A DNA stretch of 64,000 nt from Bacteroidales bacterium (GTDB lineage: Bacteria; Bacteroidota; Bacteroidia; Bacteroidales; FEN-979), in NCBI GenBank assembly GCA_038212325.1, contig JBBQUQ010000001.1, forward strand, positions 8,339-72,338. Direction: 5' to 3'. Each line of letters begins with the position of its first letter. Position 1 is the stretch's first letter. This document shows, piece after piece, positions 16,033-25,500 of the stretch. Made by a program: the position numbers and the translations under genes. Under the pieces are notes generated by a model, which ran no database searches, had not been told where the DNA came from, and was given only the letters and a program-made list of their open reading frames with translations.

Positions 16033-18570
16033 CTATTCGTAGTAATAGATGCGCTTAACCCTCCGCGAAATGCCCGTTAAAACCTCATACGGTATCGTCC
16101 CGAGTTCCTTCGCCAGGTCAGCAACAGGATGAAGGTCGCCGAAAATGACCACCTCGTCGCCTTCACGTATTTCGGTGAAATCGTGACGGGCGATGGGTGG
16201 CAGGTGACGGGTGATGTCGACCATTGTCAGGTCCATGCATATGTTCCCGATGATCGGGGCCGGTTTGCCGTGCACATAAAGGCACCCCCTGCCGTTTCCC
16301 AGCCTGCGGTTCAGCCCGTCGGCGTAGCCCACAGGCACAATGGCGATCACTGCATCTGTTTCGCTCCTGCCTTTCCGGTTATACCCGACGGTTTCACCTG
16401 CAGGGACATGCTTGATCTGGGTGATCACCGATTTCAGGGTGCTTACATTTCTCAGCATTTGCTGTTCTTCGGGGCTGCTGCCTACCCCGTACAAGCCGAT
16501 CCCAAGCCTTACCATGTCGAACTGCGCCCCGGGAAACCGGCTGATGCCGGCGGAGTTAAGGATATGAAGCAGGACGGGGTAATCCAGGATCCGGGTTATC
16601 CTGGTGCTCATTTCTTTAAAAAGCCTGACCTGCCGGTGTGTGAAGTCATCTTCTTCCGGATCTTCGCTGGCTGCCAGGTGTGAAAACACCGATTGAACCC
16701 TCAGGCCAGGATTCAGCTTCAGTCGTTCAATCAGTGGTTCAAGTTCATCCCGGGTAAATCCCAGGCGGTGCATGCCTGTATCAAGCTTGATATGGACCCG
16801 CACCTCCTGCTGGATGGAGGTCTGGTTGCGTTCAATGGCTTTCTCAAGAAGATGGAGAATGTGCAGGTTGTAAATCTCCGGCTCCAGGTTGTATTTCAAC
16901 AGGGTGTCGAGGCTCTGCTGCTCGGGGCTCATCACCATAATGGGCAGGTGAATCGCGGCCTTTCGCAACTCCACCCCTTCATCGGCATAAGCCACGGCCA
17001 GGTAATCGACACGGTGAAACTGCAGCAGGTTGGCAATTTCAAAGCTGCCGCTGCCGTAGGAAAATGCTTTGACCATCGCCATGGTTTTCGTGCCGGGGTG
17101 CAGTCCTGCCCTGAAATGGTTCAGGTTGTGGATCAGCGCATCCAGGTTGATCTCCATCACCGTTTCATGGGCTTTTTGCTGCAAGGCCTGGCTGATTTTT
17201 TCAAACTCGAACAGGCGCGCACCTTTCAGCAGGATGATCTCATTTTGAAACGAGGAAACAGGGAAATGCTCCAGGAATTCATCGGTGGTCGTAAAAAAAT
17301 CACTTTGCATGGTGAATGTACCGGCGTGTTTCATAAGGTCGCGGCCGATGCCGATGATGCGGCTGATGTTTCGGGATGCCAGCATCGAGGCTACCTCCCG
17401 GTACAATTCAGCCTTGTCGCGCCCTGTTTGAAGAATATCCGACAGGATGACTGTTTTTTTGTGCTGCTGGTTCTGCTGGTTCAGAAAATCGAGGGCGATG
17501 CTGAACGAATTGATGTCGGAATTGTAGCTGTCGTTGATCAGGGAACAGTGATTGATGGCCTCTTTGAGCTCGAGGCGCATGGCGATCGGAGCCAGGGAGG
17601 AATAGCGTGACAGGTGACGCGTGATGCGTGACATGCCTCCAAGGACAATATCGGTGGCGATGCAGTGAATGGAATTTTCTATCGAGGCCTCATCGGTAAA
17701 GGGGATGGTTACTTTAAAAGTTTCCGACCGCGACTCTCCGTGAATATGGGTTTGAGTCATTTCTTTTGTGACCCTGAAAATTTTCAGGTCGGCTTCGTGA
17801 TGCCGGCTCCAGGTGAATGTTTCCAGGTGTTTAAAGGCCGGGTCTGCCTTCAAACACTCTTTAATCAGCGAATAATCAGAACAGTAAACCAGGGTTTTTG
17901 CATTTGTGAACAGTTTCAGCTTTTCATTGACCTTCAGGCGCTGGCTATCAAAATACTCATCATGGGCATGACCGATGTTGGTGAAAATGCCGATCGTGGG
18001 GCTGATGATGGGTGCAATGCGCACCATTTCGCCCGGGCAGGATATGCCTGCTTCAAAGATGGCCAGGTTGTGGCCCGGCGCCATCTTCCACACCGAAAGC
18101 GGAACACCGGTCTGCGAATTATAGCTTTTGGGGCTGCGAATGATCCGGTAGTCGCCGCTCATCAGTTGAAAGAGCCACTCCTTGACAATGGTTTTGCCGT
18201 TGCTGCCGGTGATCCCAATAACGGGAATGGCGAACCGGCTCCGGTGGAATGCGCCAAGGGTTTGCAAGGCTGAGAGGGTGTCGGGGACAAGGATGAACGT
18301 TGCCAGGGGAAAAAGGCGGGCAGGCTGAAGGGCTGACGGGCAGACTGAAACCAGAAATGTTCGTACTCCCTTTTCATAGAGTTCGTCAATATATTTATGC
18401 CCGTCGTTGCGATCGGAAACCAGGGCAACAAAGAGGCAATTTTCGGGGTGGATGAGCCGCCGGCTGTCGATCAGCAGGTCGACGATTACAGGATCATCGC
18501 TGCCTGCGGAATAAACAGTACCGCCGCATATGGAGGCAATTTTCGAGACCGTGATGGCCTGGTCTGTCAT
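16033..18570 (-). CDS. murF/alr: bifunctional UDP-N-acetylmuramoyl-tripeptide--D-alanyl-D-alanine ligase / alanine racemase
   Basis: 845 aa. The N-terminal half is Mur ligase (GITGSNGKT P-loop). The C-terminal half is alanine racemase (AMVKAFSYGSGS PLP-lysine motif, LGIGLYG, CMDLTMVD). This fusion is common in Bacteroidota. Confidence 0.9.
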   Translation of the reverse strand: MTDQAITVSKIASICGGTVYSAGSDDPVIVDLLIDSRRLIHPENCLFVALVSDRNDGHKYIDELYEKGVRTFLVSVCPSALQPARLFPLATFILVPDTLSALQTLGAFHRSRFAIPVIGITGSNGKTIVKEWLFQLMSGDYRIIRSPKSYNSQTGVPLSVWKMAPGHNLAIFEAGISCPGEMVRIAPIISPTIGIFTNIGHAHDEYFDSQRLKVNEKLKLFTNAKTLVYCSDYSLIKECLKADPAFKHLETFTWSRHHEADLKIFRVTKEMTQTHIHGESRSETFKVTIPFTDEASIENSIHCIATDIVLGGMSRITRHLSRYSSLAPIAMRLELKEAINHCSLINDSYNSDINSFSIALDFLNQQNQQHKKTVILSDILQTGRDKAELYREVASMLASRNISRIIGIGRDLMKHAGTFTMQSDFFTTTDEFLEHFPVSSFQNEIILLKGARLFEFEKISQALQQKAHETVMEINLDALIHNLNHFRAGLHPGTKTMAMVKAFSYGSGSFEIANLLQFHRVDYLAVAYADEGVELRKAAIHLPIMVMSPEQQSLDTLLKYNLEPEIYNLHILHLLEKAIERNQTSIQQEVRVHIKLDTGMHRLGFTRDELEPLIERLKLNPGLRVQSVFSHLAASEDPEEDDFTHRQVRLFKEMSTRITRILDYPVLLHILNSAGISRFPGAQFDMVRLGIGLYGVGSSPEEQQMLRNVSTLKSVITQIKHVPAGETVGYNRKGRSETDAVIAIVPVGYADGLNRRLGNGRGCLYVHGKPAPIIGNICMDLTMVDITRHLPPIARHDFTEIREGDEVVIFGDLHPVADLAKELGTIPYEVLTGISRRVKRIYYYE
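16183..16217. repeat. degenerate 7-bp tandem array (gtgacgg gcgatgg gtggcag gtgacgg gtgatgt) inside the alr coding region
   Basis: Read directly. It translates on the minus strand to DITRHLPPIARHDF. Confidence 0.6.
17605..17632. repeat. 7-bp tandem array (gcgtgac aggtgac gcgtgat gcgtgac) inside the murF coding region
   Basis: Read directly. It translates on the minus strand to MSRITRHLSRY. Confidence 0.8.
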
Positions 18571-19646
18571 GAACGGCTGTTATCGGGTTGGGCTCCTGCA
18601 GACCCTAATTGATTTGCATGGAGTTCGTCGTATTCAAGGCGGTGCATGAAAATATCGCCGGCCATGTATAAGGCATTCCGGAACGCTTCGGGCGAGGCTT
18701 CGTTTTTTCCTGCCAGATCATACGCAGTGCCATGTGCAGGCGAAGTGCGGATAACAGGCAGCCCGGCAGTGAAATTCACGCCTTCGTCGAACGACATCAG
18801 CTTAAACGGCAGCATGCCCTGGTCGTGGTACATGGCCAGGATGCCATCAAAAGTCCTGAAACCCGTCGCTCCGAAAAATCCGTCGGCCGGGTATGGCCCG
18901 AAAGCAAGGATGTTCTGGCTATAGGCCTTTTCAATTGCCGGGATAATGATTGTTTTCTCCTCATTCCCGATTAACCCGTCGTCGCCGGCATGCGGATTCA
19001 GCGACAGAACGGCGATCCGAGGCTTGACAATCCCGAAATCACGCATAAGCGATTGGTTCATCACCTGGATCTTGCTGAGGATCAATTGCTCGGTGAGTAC
19101 CTCTTTGACCTTGCTCAATGGGATATGCCCGGTTACCACCCCGATACGCAGCACATTGTTGATCATCAGCATGAGGTAGCTGTCTGACTTGAATTTCTGT
19201 GCAAAGTACTCGGTATGGCCCGGGAAGTCGAATCCGGGTGCCTGGATATTCTTTTTATTAATGGGAGCAGTTACAACTACATCTATCAGGTTTTTCTGTA
19301 AATCTTCACAGGCAGTTTCAAGGGAAAGCAGGGCCAGTTCTCCTGCGACCGGGGTCGATTTCCCGAGATCCATTTTTATCTCCTCATCATGTATATTCAC
19401 AAGGTTTGGCCTCCGCGGGTGAGCCTGGTCGGCCTTTTTGACAATGTTAAAATTAAAATCATTGATATTCAAAACTTTTCTGTGGTAGGAGGCAACCTTC
19501 GACGAACCATAAACCATGATGGTGTACAATTCCATCAGCCGTTGATCCTGCAATGTTTTAATAATAACCTCGTAACCAATGCCATTCACATCGCCATGGG
19601 TAATCCCGATGCGCACACGCCTTTCTTTATCAACAGGTTGTTCCAT
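18567..19646 (-). CDS. pdxA: 4-hydroxythreonine-4-phosphate dehydrogenase
   Basis: 359 aa. Motifs: GITHGDVNGIGYEVI, GHTEYF, TSPAHGTAYDLAGKN. It has a 4-nt ATGA overlap with murF/alr. Confidence 0.9.
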   Translation of the reverse strand: MEQPVDKERRVRIGITHGDVNGIGYEVIIKTLQDQRLMELYTIMVYGSSKVASYHRKVLNINDFNFNIVKKADQAHPRRPNLVNIHDEEIKMDLGKSTPVAGELALLSLETACEDLQKNLIDVVVTAPINKKNIQAPGFDFPGHTEYFAQKFKSDSYLMLMINNVLRIGVVTGHIPLSKVKEVLTEQLILSKIQVMNQSLMRDFGIVKPRIAVLSLNPHAGDDGLIGNEEKTIIIPAIEKAYSQNILAFGPYPADGFFGATGFRTFDGILAMYHDQGMLPFKLMSFDEGVNFTAGLPVIRTSPAHGTAYDLAGKNEASPEAFRNALYMAGDIFMHRLEYDELHANQLGSAGAQPDNSRS

Positions 19647-19663
19647 ATGTTACAATTGGGGTG

Positions 19664-19671
19664 CAAATATA
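19664..19671 (-). promoter_or_regulatory. candidate -7 box (TATATTTG on the minus strand)
   Basis: Matches TAnnTTTG, 18 nt upstream of the pdxA ATG. Confidence 0.35.
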
Positions 19672-19679
19672 TTTAAAAA

Positions 19680-19711
19680 AAATGGCGAAATGGTCAAATG
19701 GCGAAATGGCG
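19680..19711. repeat. 8-bp tandem array, 4 units (aaatggcg aaatggtc aaatggcg aaatggcg)
   Basis: Read directly. It overlaps the last codons and the stop of pepA (...FRHFAI*). Confidence 0.85.
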
Positions 19712-21166
19712 AAAAACAAAATCAAACAACAACCTCACCCCGAACCCGGTGCCGCCCTGCCCGCGGTAGGAATCGTGTTTTTCAAGGAATGCCGGCCCGG
19801 CAATGTCGAGATGGATATAGGGATAGTCTGTGAATTTCTCCAGGAATTTGCCGGCGGTGATCATCCCGGCTTCCGGGGGCCCCAGGTTTTTCAGGTCGGC
19901 CAGCTCCGATTTGATCTGCTCGCCATATTCGCTCCACATGGGGAATTCTGCCAGACGTTCATAGACATCGCATCCTGAAATTTTTAATTTTTCGATTTCC
20001 GCTGTGGCATTCACCTGCATGGCCACAGCCCCGAACTTTCCAATGGCGCGCACGGCTGCACCGGTGAGCGTAGCCAGGTCGATTACCAGCGCCGGGTCAT
20101 ACTTTTTTGCATAGCTCAGGGCATCTGCCAGGATCAGCCTTCCTTCGGCGTCGGTATTCAGTACCTCCACGGTCATGCCATTGTGCATGGTGATGATATC
20201 GCCCGAAACCAGGGCTTTCACCCCCGGGCGGTTATCGGTTGCCGGCATGAGGCCCACCACGTGAACCGGCAGCTTCGCCATCGCGATGGCGTAAACTGCG
20301 CAGGCAACTGCAGCAGCCCCCGACATGTCGTCTTTCATGTTCAGCATCGAATCGCCCGGTTTGAGATTCATCCCGCCCGTATCGTACACAACCCCCTTGC
20401 CTACGAATACAACCGGTTTTTTGTTTTTCGCATTGGCAGGTTTCCATTCCATCACGGTAAAAGTGGGCGGCTCATGGCTGCCCTGGTTTACGCCAAGCAA
20501 TCCGCCCATCTTAAGCGCTGCAATCTTCTGCTTGTTCAGAACCTCGGCATCTGCACCCGATTCCCTGGCCATCTGTTCCACCTCCCTGGCGAAGATGGCT
20601 GCTGTAAGATGTGAATTGGGTTCGTTGATGAGATCGCGGCAGCGGGCGACGGCGTGGAGAAGAATGTTAAGCCGCGTGACGCGTGACGCGTGACGCGCGA
20701 CAGGTTTTAAGCCGGCATCCTCTTCCAGTGCTTTGGAGTAGATTTCGATCTCCGAAAGGGTATTTAAGTTATCCTTCTCGCTTTTATGTTTCAGGAACTG
20801 GTACGACCCAAGTGCAAGGCCTTCGGTGAATGCAATTACTTCATCTCCCATCCCTTCTGCATCAAACACAGCAACACGGCTGGCTTTCTGCGCGTTGAGA
20901 AATCCGGCGACCTTATCTCCTGCCTTACGCGAAGCCTCCAGCCGTTTCGACCCCTCTTTTTCGTCCCTTACATAATAGACATATACCCAGTAGGTTAACC
21001 GGTTAAACCCTGTCAAATCCTGTTTTAGGGTCTCGACCTGCTGCTTAAGGTAGTTCTTTTCTGCCGCATTGAGAATGCCTGCCGGCAATTTTGAGAGCTT
21101 TGACACAATTACAGCCAGGTGGCCGAGTTCCTGCTCTTTATGGGTGAGGGTGATGGATGGGATCAT
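19694..21166 (-). CDS. pepA: leucyl aminopeptidase (M17)
   Basis: Motifs NTDAEGRLILAD and VGKGVVYDTGG. The track start at 21211 is a TTG overlapping two -7 boxes. The ATG at 21166 (MIPSITLTHKE) is preferred. Confidence 0.85.
   Translation of the reverse strand: MIPSITLTHKEQELGHLAVIVSKLSKLPAGILNAAEKNYLKQQVETLKQDLTGFNRLTYWVYVYYVRDEKEGSKRLEASRKAGDKVAGFLNAQKASRVAVFDAEGMGDEVIAFTEGLALGSYQFLKHKSEKDNLNTLSEIEIYSKALEEDAGLKPVARHASRVTRLNILLHAVARCRDLINEPNSHLTAAIFAREVEQMARESGADAEVLNKQKIAALKMGGLLGVNQGSHEPPTFTVMEWKPANAKNKKPVVFVGKGVVYDTGGMNLKPGDSMLNMKDDMSGAAAVACAVYAIAMAKLPVHVVGLMPATDNRPGVKALVSGDIITMHNGMTVEVLNTDAEGRLILADALSYAKKYDPALVIDLATLTGAAVRAIGKFGAVAMQVNATAEIEKLKISGCDVYERLAEFPMWSEYGEQIKSELADLKNLGPPEAGMITAGKFLEKFTDYPYIHLDIAGPAFLEKHDSYRGQGGTGFGVRLLFDFVFRHFAI
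20674..20701. repeat. 7-bp tandem array (gcgtgac x3 plus gcgcgac) inside the pepA coding region
   Basis: Read directly. It translates on the minus strand to VARHASRVTR. Confidence 0.85.
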
Positions 21167-21199
21167 GTTTTTAAGTACTTTTGAAGCGGATTTGAAATA

Positions 21200-21216
21200 C
21201 AAAATTAACAAAATTA
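21200..21216 (-). promoter_or_regulatory. two overlapping candidate -7 boxes (TAATTTTG x2 on the minus strand)
   Basis: caaaatta occurs at 21200-21207 and again at 21209-21216, 33-42 nt upstream of the ATG at 21166. Confidence 0.3.
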
Positions 21217-21272
21217 CCCGTGGGCGATTTGTTTAAGTTCAAATCCAAAATGCAACATGCAAAAATGAAATA

Positions 21273-22352
21273 ATGACGACAGCAAACCTTATATATAAAT
21301 CACTACAATCTGAATTCCTGACCATCGAAGAGGGCAAATTCCTTTACGAAACCCTTCCGCTGGCCGACTTGATGCTGATAGGCAATGAACTGCGAAAAAA
21401 ACTACATCCTGAAGGCACAGTTTCCTGGATCATCGACCGCAATGTAAACATCACCAATGTCTGCATCTCCGGGTGCAAATTCTGTAATTTCTACCGCACC
21501 TCAGGCAGCAGAGATGCTTACATCACCTCAATTCCTGAATACTGCAACAAGATCGAGGAGATGAAGCGGTTGGGAGGCAGTCAGTTACTGCTCCAGGGCG
21601 GGTTGCATCCCAAATTGAGCCTCGATTTTTACGAAAATCTGTTTGCCGACCTCAAAAGCAGGTATCCCGAGGTGCGGCTGCATGCCCTTGGGCCCCCTGA
21701 AATTGCATGGCTGGCGAAAAAGGAGAACCTCTCATTTAAAACTGTCCTGGAACGGCTTGTCGCCGCAGGTCTCGACAGTTTGCCAGGGGCCGGAGCGGAA
21801 ATACTGGCCAACAGGGTGCGAAAAGTACTATCCCCGGCCAAATGTTCGAAGCAGTCATGGCTCGACGTAATGCGGGCAGCCCATGAACTGAACCTGACCA
21901 CCTCGGCAACCATGATGTTCGGGCATATCGAAACCATCGAAGAGCGGTTTGAACACCTGTGCGCGCTTCGTGAACTTCAATCGCAGAAACCTGATGGAAA
22001 CAAGGGTTTCCTGTCGTTCATCCCCTGGCCTTTCCAGGATGACAGGACCGTGCTGAAGGAAAAATCAGGGGTCGTTAACAAGGTTACGCCCGAAGAATAT
22101 ATCCGCATGATCGCCATCAGCCGGATTATGCTGCCCAACATCCCGAACATCCAGGCTTCGTGGCTCACGGTTGGGAAAGATACTGCCCAGCTGTGCCTCC
22201 ATGCCGGCGCCAATGATTTTGGCAGCATCATGATCGAGGAAAATGTTGTGAGTGTTGCCGGCGCCAACCACAAATTTGACGCGGCAGGCATCCAGAAGGC
22301 TATCAGGGATGCAGGATTCGAGCCACGGCTGAGGGACCAGGACTTTAACTGA
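21273..22352 (+). CDS. radical SAM enzyme of the MqnC/MqnE/CofH family (futalosine-pathway menaquinone biosynthesis type)
   Basis: 359 aa. It has the CX3CX2C cluster CISGCKFC within IDRNVNITNVCISGCKFCNFYR, and the overall layout is typical of MqnC/MqnE/CofH. I cannot separate the subfamilies by eye. Confidence 0.75.
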   Translation: MTTANLIYKSLQSEFLTIEEGKFLYETLPLADLMLIGNELRKKLHPEGTVSWIIDRNVNITNVCISGCKFCNFYRTSGSRDAYITSIPEYCNKIEEMKRLGGSQLLLQGGLHPKLSLDFYENLFADLKSRYPEVRLHALGPPEIAWLAKKENLSFKTVLERLVAAGLDSLPGAGAEILANRVRKVLSPAKCSKQSWLDVMRAAHELNLTTSATMMFGHIETIEERFEHLCALRELQSQKPDGNKGFLSFIPWPFQDDRTVLKEKSGVVNKVTPEEYIRMIAISRIMLPNIPNIQASWLTVGKDTAQLCLHAGANDFGSIMIEENVVSVAGANHKFDAAGIQKAIRDAGFEPRLRDQDFN

Positions 22353-22496
22353 GAAAATTCGCCCGGCCTCTGCCGTGCGAGATCACGGGGTTTTAAAACA
22401 CGGCCACGTTTTTTTTCCGTTTTAAGGCGGAAATATATCCCGTAAAATCCGGAAATATCTCTTCCCTGTGTTTTGTCCGGATCGGGTGAAGTGATA

Positions 22497-22504
22497 TACT
22501 TTTG
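22497..22504 (+). promoter_or_regulatory. candidate -7 box TACTTTTG with a TTTG -33-like element at 22472-22475
   Basis: Matches TAnnTTTG, 62 nt upstream of the ATG at 22567. Confidence 0.3.
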
Positions 22505-22566
22505 TTTGGTTTAGATATGCCAGGTATCAGCCGGCGATTAATTACATAATATATAAACCAAACAAA

Positions 22567-25500
22567 ATGAAAAAAAATTACTTATTATCTCTTCCCATAA
22601 TTGCGGTTTTATTGCTGGGACAATTGTTATTTTTCCAGCATACAGCCTATTCCCAAGCCACTGAACCAGTTTCTATCGGGACTGAGAGCCATGTGGTAAA
22701 TTTTGATAACGCCCTGCATCAAAAACCAGTGCAGCATCACTTAACCAGAGCCCTCACTCCGCAGGAAATGCATGTTCTGGGCGAGTTAACCCCTGCAGAA
22801 AGAACCTTGATCGAGGGATACGTTGAACCACTCGCTGTAGGTGTTGTGCGTGATCTGAAAGAACCCATCCGGTTTTCCCTGAGCGAAATTAACATACCAG
22901 CCCAGGGCGAAGTATCGGTTTCCGGTGGCAGACTTGCAAGGATCAACGAAGATACCATCGTCTGGACGACCTGTATCAAGTCGGCAAAGGCAGATGAACT
23001 CCGGATCTTTTTCTCAGAAGGCAATTTTCCGGATGGCGTAAAAGTAAATTTCTTCAGCAAAGATGGCTATGCATTTAACCAGTTTGACCTGAGGGGAATG
23101 CTGAAAGAGGATGGTTTTTACACTACCACAACCTTTGCCGATTATGTTTTTATGGAAGTAGTGATCCCGGTCAGGTTGATCACGGAGAATTTGTATTTTG
23201 TCGTACCAAAGGTGGTCCACTCCGACAGCCGATACATGCCTGACGCTCCTCTTGACTGCTATCAGGATGTAAATTGTTCTTATGCAAATGGTTATGGCGA
23301 TATTGGTTCCTTGAAAGCGAGTACAGCCAAACTATCGTTCGTCGTTAGCGGCGTAAACTATATTTGTTCGGGCGGCCTGCTGAATGATGCAAGAGGTATT
23401 GATTGGCAGCCATTTTTATTAACAGCCAACCATTGTTTCAGCTCACAGGCTTCGGCAACCTCGCTCGAAGCCCGTTTCGACCTTTTCTCCACCTCATGCA
23501 ATGGGGGAACCAACCCAAATGTAGTCCTGGTCAACGGGTCGAGCCTTATTGCAACCAATAGTGGAAGTGATTTTACAATGGTGCTTCTTAACCAATTTCC
23601 TTCAGGATACAGAGCCTTTTTGGGATGGACAACGGGTGCCGTGGCAGACAATGAAACGATGCATTCGGTAAACCATCCTGCCGGGATGCCACAGAAATAT
23701 GTACGGGTGGCGAACGATTACTCTCCGGCATACAACTGCACAGGTTTCAGCACCTCAAATTTTCACTATACCAATGTGCTCGGCGGTCAAACCACCGGAG
23801 GCAGCTCAGGCGGGCTGATCGTCAATTCCGGTGGAGGGGTGGTCGGTCAGTTATACGGCACTTGCCATGGGACAACCTGGGGCGAATGTAATTATGGATC
23901 CTTTAATAACATGTGGGGCCGGTTCAATGTATCGTATAACAACAACAACTTACAATACTGGCTGAATGGTGGCGGGTCAAGCGTTTACATGTCAACCTCC
24001 ACTTCATCGCTCTCCTACGCGACACTCAACGTGGGTTCTTACCAGGATTTGACCGTAACCGTTTATAATGACGGATATATTCCATACTATTTGAACCTCG
24101 AAGCAGGAAATGCATACATTTCCGGTGCCGATGCGAGCCAGTTTTCCATCATAGGCACTTCGTACCTTTATCTGTCGCCGAGCACATCGGGCACTTTCAC
24201 CGTGCGCTTTGCACCAACCTCTTCCGGTGCAAAATCGGCGTCATTGAATATACCCCACAACGCAAATAACATTGTCAGCCCGAAAGTGATCTCACTTTCC
24301 GGCGCCGCAGAACCATGTTCAAATATCATTTCACTCGGAACCGGCGGGACGGCCAATGCAAAGACTTATTCTAAAAGCGGATCAGGCATATGGTATACAA
24401 CTTTTTCACCGTGCGGCAGTTGGTCTTGTCCGGGCAATGAGCAAATTTACAGTTTTACAGCTCCGTACACGGGTTACTACAGCATTGCAGTCTCTGCATC
24501 AAATTCGCACTGGATCGACTATATGTGGAAAACAAGCTGCGACGGAGGTGTATGGACCTGCATAGATGATGCTTATTATCCAGGCACCTATGGTTCCATT
24601 TACTGGACTGCCGGCAGCACCTATTATATCCTGGCGGATGCTGAATCGACCGCTCTTACCACGCAAACGTTCTACGTCTTCCTGAACCCTTGCCTGAACA
24701 CTGTTTCCATCGGCGGAACCGGACCTGATTACAGCCAGACCTATAACGGGGGCGGAACCGGGGGATGGAATTCAAATATTGCAGGCCCCTGCAGTTGGCT
24801 CTGTCCCGGAGTTGAGAGTGTGTACAGTTTTGTAGCACCTTATACCGGATATTATAGTCTGAATGTTTCCAGCACGACAGAATACTATGTTGACTACGCA
24901 TGGAGTACCTCGTGTGGATCAACCGGATGGAACTGTATCCAGGATGTTTTGAGCCCCGGCAATTACGGCAACATGTTCTGGACGGCCGGTACAACCTACT
25001 ACATCCTGCTTGATGATGAAAATGGAGTTGTAGGGCCGCAAACATTTTATATAAACGAACCAAACCCCTGTCAGGGCATCATCTCCCTGGCATGCAACCA
25101 GTCGGTTGCATTTGCAGGGGGCGGACCGGGTGTGTGGGGTTACAACCCATGTTATTCCTCGCCCGGCTTTGAACAAATCTACAGCTTCGTAGCACCCACA
25201 ACGGGCCAGTACAGCATCGAGGTCAATGCCGCAGGAAGTTGGGTTGATTACCTATGGAAAGCAGGATCCTGCTCTGCCGGCGACTGGAATTGCATATCTT
25301 ACGTTCAAAGCCCCGGACAATATGGCTCCATGGAATGGACTGCCGGCACCACCTATTATATCATGCTGGATGATGAAGACACATATGCCGGAATACATAG
25401 TTTCAAGATCATTTGTCCTGAGCTGTGCCATACTTGCCCGGTTTATGATTATCAGATATCTCCCAATGAAACCTGGCAGCTTTCCTCCTCATCCATTGAC

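Noticed and set aside
16033-18570. The MurF-alanine racemase fusion as a novelty.
   Set aside because: This fusion is a well-known feature of Bacteroidota genomes. Only the embedded heptamer repeats are unusual.
22353-22420. A possible terminator or attenuator after the radical SAM gene (ccgtgcgagatcacgg; gccgtg...cacggc; a T8 run at about 22409-22416).
   Set aside because: The stems are only 5-6 bp with competing alternatives, and the T-run is not directly adjacent to a convincing stem. It is too weak to call.
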